DNA from: a virus
Taxonomy: Duplodnaviria; Heunggongvirae; Uroviricota; Caudoviricetes
Virus record (IMG/VR): IMGVR_UViG_2526164596_000013
Direction: 5' to 3' (one strand)
Length of the DNA stretch: 50,979 nucleotides
Below the pieces are notes generated by a model. It had not been told where the DNA came from. It searched no databases and saw nothing but the letters and a program-made list of their open reading frames with translations. Positions 49,366 to 50,979 of the stretch are shown here, piece by piece. The position numbers and the translations under genes are program-made. How positions within the stretch are numbered: position 1 is the stretch's first letter; the number at the start of each line of letters is the position of its first letter.

Positions 49366-49373
49366 GGTAATAC

Positions 49374-49610
49374 ATGGGCAATGTGATTCAACTGGCTCCC
49401 AATGAATGGGTTTGTGAAAGCGTTCTTATCGCAATTACCGGGCTCAAACCAGGCACAATTCTTCGGGCCCGGAAAGAATGCTGGATGGTTGGAAGAGAGT
49501 ATATTCACGTATCACCAGACGGTAATCCAAAGCCTTCCAGTGAATGTATGTATAACAGAAAAGCAATAGATGCCTGGGTCGCCTCAATGAAAAACAAACA
49601 ACCCAGGTGA
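49374..49610 (+). CDS. xis: excisionase-like protein (Xis)
   Basis: 78-aa ORF immediately upstream of int with GAGG SD; small basic protein in the canonical xis position. Confidence 0.6.
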   Translation: MGNVIQLAPNEWVCESVLIAITGLKPGTILRARKECWMVGREYIHVSPDGNPKPSSECMYNRKAIDAWVASMKNKQPR

Positions 49611-49665
49611 TTTAATATCATGAAATATGTAAGCTCGTATCGCTCTTGGGCGTCTGGAGGTATCG

Positions 49666-50979
49666 ATGGATAAAGTCAAATATCCAACAGGCGTCGAAAA
49701 CCACGGCGGCACATTACGCATCTGGTTTAATTTTAAAGGTAAACGTGTCAGGGAAAATCTTGGTGTCCCTGACACTGCCAAGAACAGGAAGATCGCCGGG
49801 GAACTGCGGACATCAGTATGTTTTGCCATCCGCACAGGAAGCTTTGATTATGCTGCACAGTTCCCTGACTCCCCCAACCTTCAGGCTTTTGGGGTAAGTA
49901 AAAAAGAAATTACGGTGAAGGAACTTGAAGAAAAGTGGCTGGATCTGAAACGAATGGAAATCTCTGCAAATGCATTCAATCGCTATGAATCCGTTGCAAG
50001 AACGATGGTTCCGAAAATTGGAGGCAGTAGACTGGTATCATCGGTAACCAAAGAGGAATTGCTGTATATCAGGAAAGATTTGCTTACCGGGTATCAGAAT
50101 TCAACGAAAAACAAAGCAGCAGCAAAAGGACGGAGCGTCGTTACTGTAAATTATTACATGACGACAATCGCTGGAATGTTTCAGTTTGCTGCAGATCACG
50201 GTTACTTAGAAGCAAATCCCTTCCAGGGAATTAAGCCTCTTAAAAGAGCCAGGGCAGAGCCAGATCCGCTAACTCGTGACGAATTTATTCGCCTGATAGA
50301 TGCTTGCCGACATCAGCAGACGAAAAACCTGTGGTCATTGGCTGTGTACACAGGAATGCGTCACGGTGAACTGGTCTCCCTGGCCTGGGAAGATATCGAT
50401 CTGAAGGCAGGAACAATTACCATCAGGCGCAATTATACGAAACTTGGTGAGTTCACTCTACCGAAAACTGAAGCAAGCACAAACAGGGTTGTGCACCTTA
50501 TCCAGCCCGCTATCAGTGTCCTGAAAAATCAGGCTGAAATGACAAGACTGGGTAAGCAGTACAACATCAAGGTGCAACTACGTGAATATGGACGTTCAGT
50601 GAACCATGAATGTACTTTCGTGTTTAACCCTCAAGTGGTTAGAAAAAGCGAACAGGTAGGTTTTGTCTACAAAGTCGATTCTGTAGGTGACTCATGGGAA
50701 ACAGCCATTAAGCGTGCAGGGATCAGGCATCGAAAGGCATACCAGTCACGACACACTTATGCGTGCTGGTCATTATCTGCCGGAGCAAACCCAAGCTTCA
50801 TTGCCAGCCAGATGGGCCATGCAAGTGCCCAGATGGTATTCAATGTATACGGAGCATGGATGACTGACAGCAATGCAGAACAGATCGCAATGCTGAATCA
50901 GAAGCTGACAGATTATGTCCCAATGATGCCCCATAGTCACCAAAGTGACACCAGAGGCTTATTAAAATCAGTAAGTTAA
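49666..50979 (+). CDS. int: tyrosine integrase (phage integrase family)
   Basis: 437-aa ORF with GGAGG SD; C-terminal catalytic residues in ...RHTYACWSLSAGANPSFIASQMGHASAQMVFNVYGAWM...; stop at the last bases of the window. Confidence 0.9.
   Translation: MDKVKYPTGVENHGGTLRIWFNFKGKRVRENLGVPDTAKNRKIAGELRTSVCFAIRTGSFDYAAQFPDSPNLQAFGVSKKEITVKELEEKWLDLKRMEISANAFNRYESVARTMVPKIGGSRLVSSVTKEELLYIRKDLLTGYQNSTKNKAAAKGRSVVTVNYYMTTIAGMFQFAADHGYLEANPFQGIKPLKRARAEPDPLTRDEFIRLIDACRHQQTKNLWSLAVYTGMRHGELVSLAWEDIDLKAGTITIRRNYTKLGEFTLPKTEASTNRVVHLIQPAISVLKNQAEMTRLGKQYNIKVQLREYGRSVNHECTFVFNPQVVRKSEQVGFVYKVDSVGDSWETAIKRAGIRHRKAYQSRHTYACWSLSAGANPSFIASQMGHASAQMVFNVYGAWMTDSNAEQIAMLNQKLTDYVPMMPHSHQSDTRGLLKSVS

Overview
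The window is almost entirely one lambda-like (lambdoid) prophage of an E. coli-type enterobacterium, running from the tail-fibre end (low coordinates) to the integrase (high coordinates). All protein identifications are from my memory of lambda, phage 21, DLP12 and Stx-phage proteins; nothing was searched. Late genes are on the minus strand in lambda order: tfa, stf, lom, J, I, K, L, M, H, G/GT, V, U, Z, FII, FI, E, D, C, B, W, A, Nu1, then an exact lambda cosN cohesive end (rc of 24448-24459). Upstream of cos lie Rz/Rz1, a SAR endolysin, a phage-21-type pinholin, a NanS-p-like esterase, three tRNAs (Arg-UCU, Arg-UCG, Ile-like CAU), an oppositely oriented porin, Q, a DUF968 protein, and a DnaB/DnaC/O replication module with iterons. 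The immunity region has a Cro-like gene divergent from an S24-type cI repressor, followed by a plus-strand early-left operon ending in xis and int (attachment site expected just beyond 50979). The late region resembles Stx phages but has no stx genes. Three structural genes (A, H, tfa) are each split by a one-base shortfall in a homopolymer, which points to homopolymer sequencing error or a defective prophage. An IS2 with a 5-bp ATGGT target duplication interrupts an early-left ORF. I cannot name one system with confidence; the best candidates for an undescribed function are: (1) a convergent two-gene cassette inserted between holin and endolysin (27092-28222); (2) an HTH protein, small ORF and convergent gene just downstream of cI (41856-42668); (3) a PD-(D/E)xK-motif protein with coupled downstream ORFs (47645-48968); (4) a 342-bp insertion between I and J with a promoter and terminator (sRNA candidate); (5) small hydrophobic ORFs near cos and between R and Rz.
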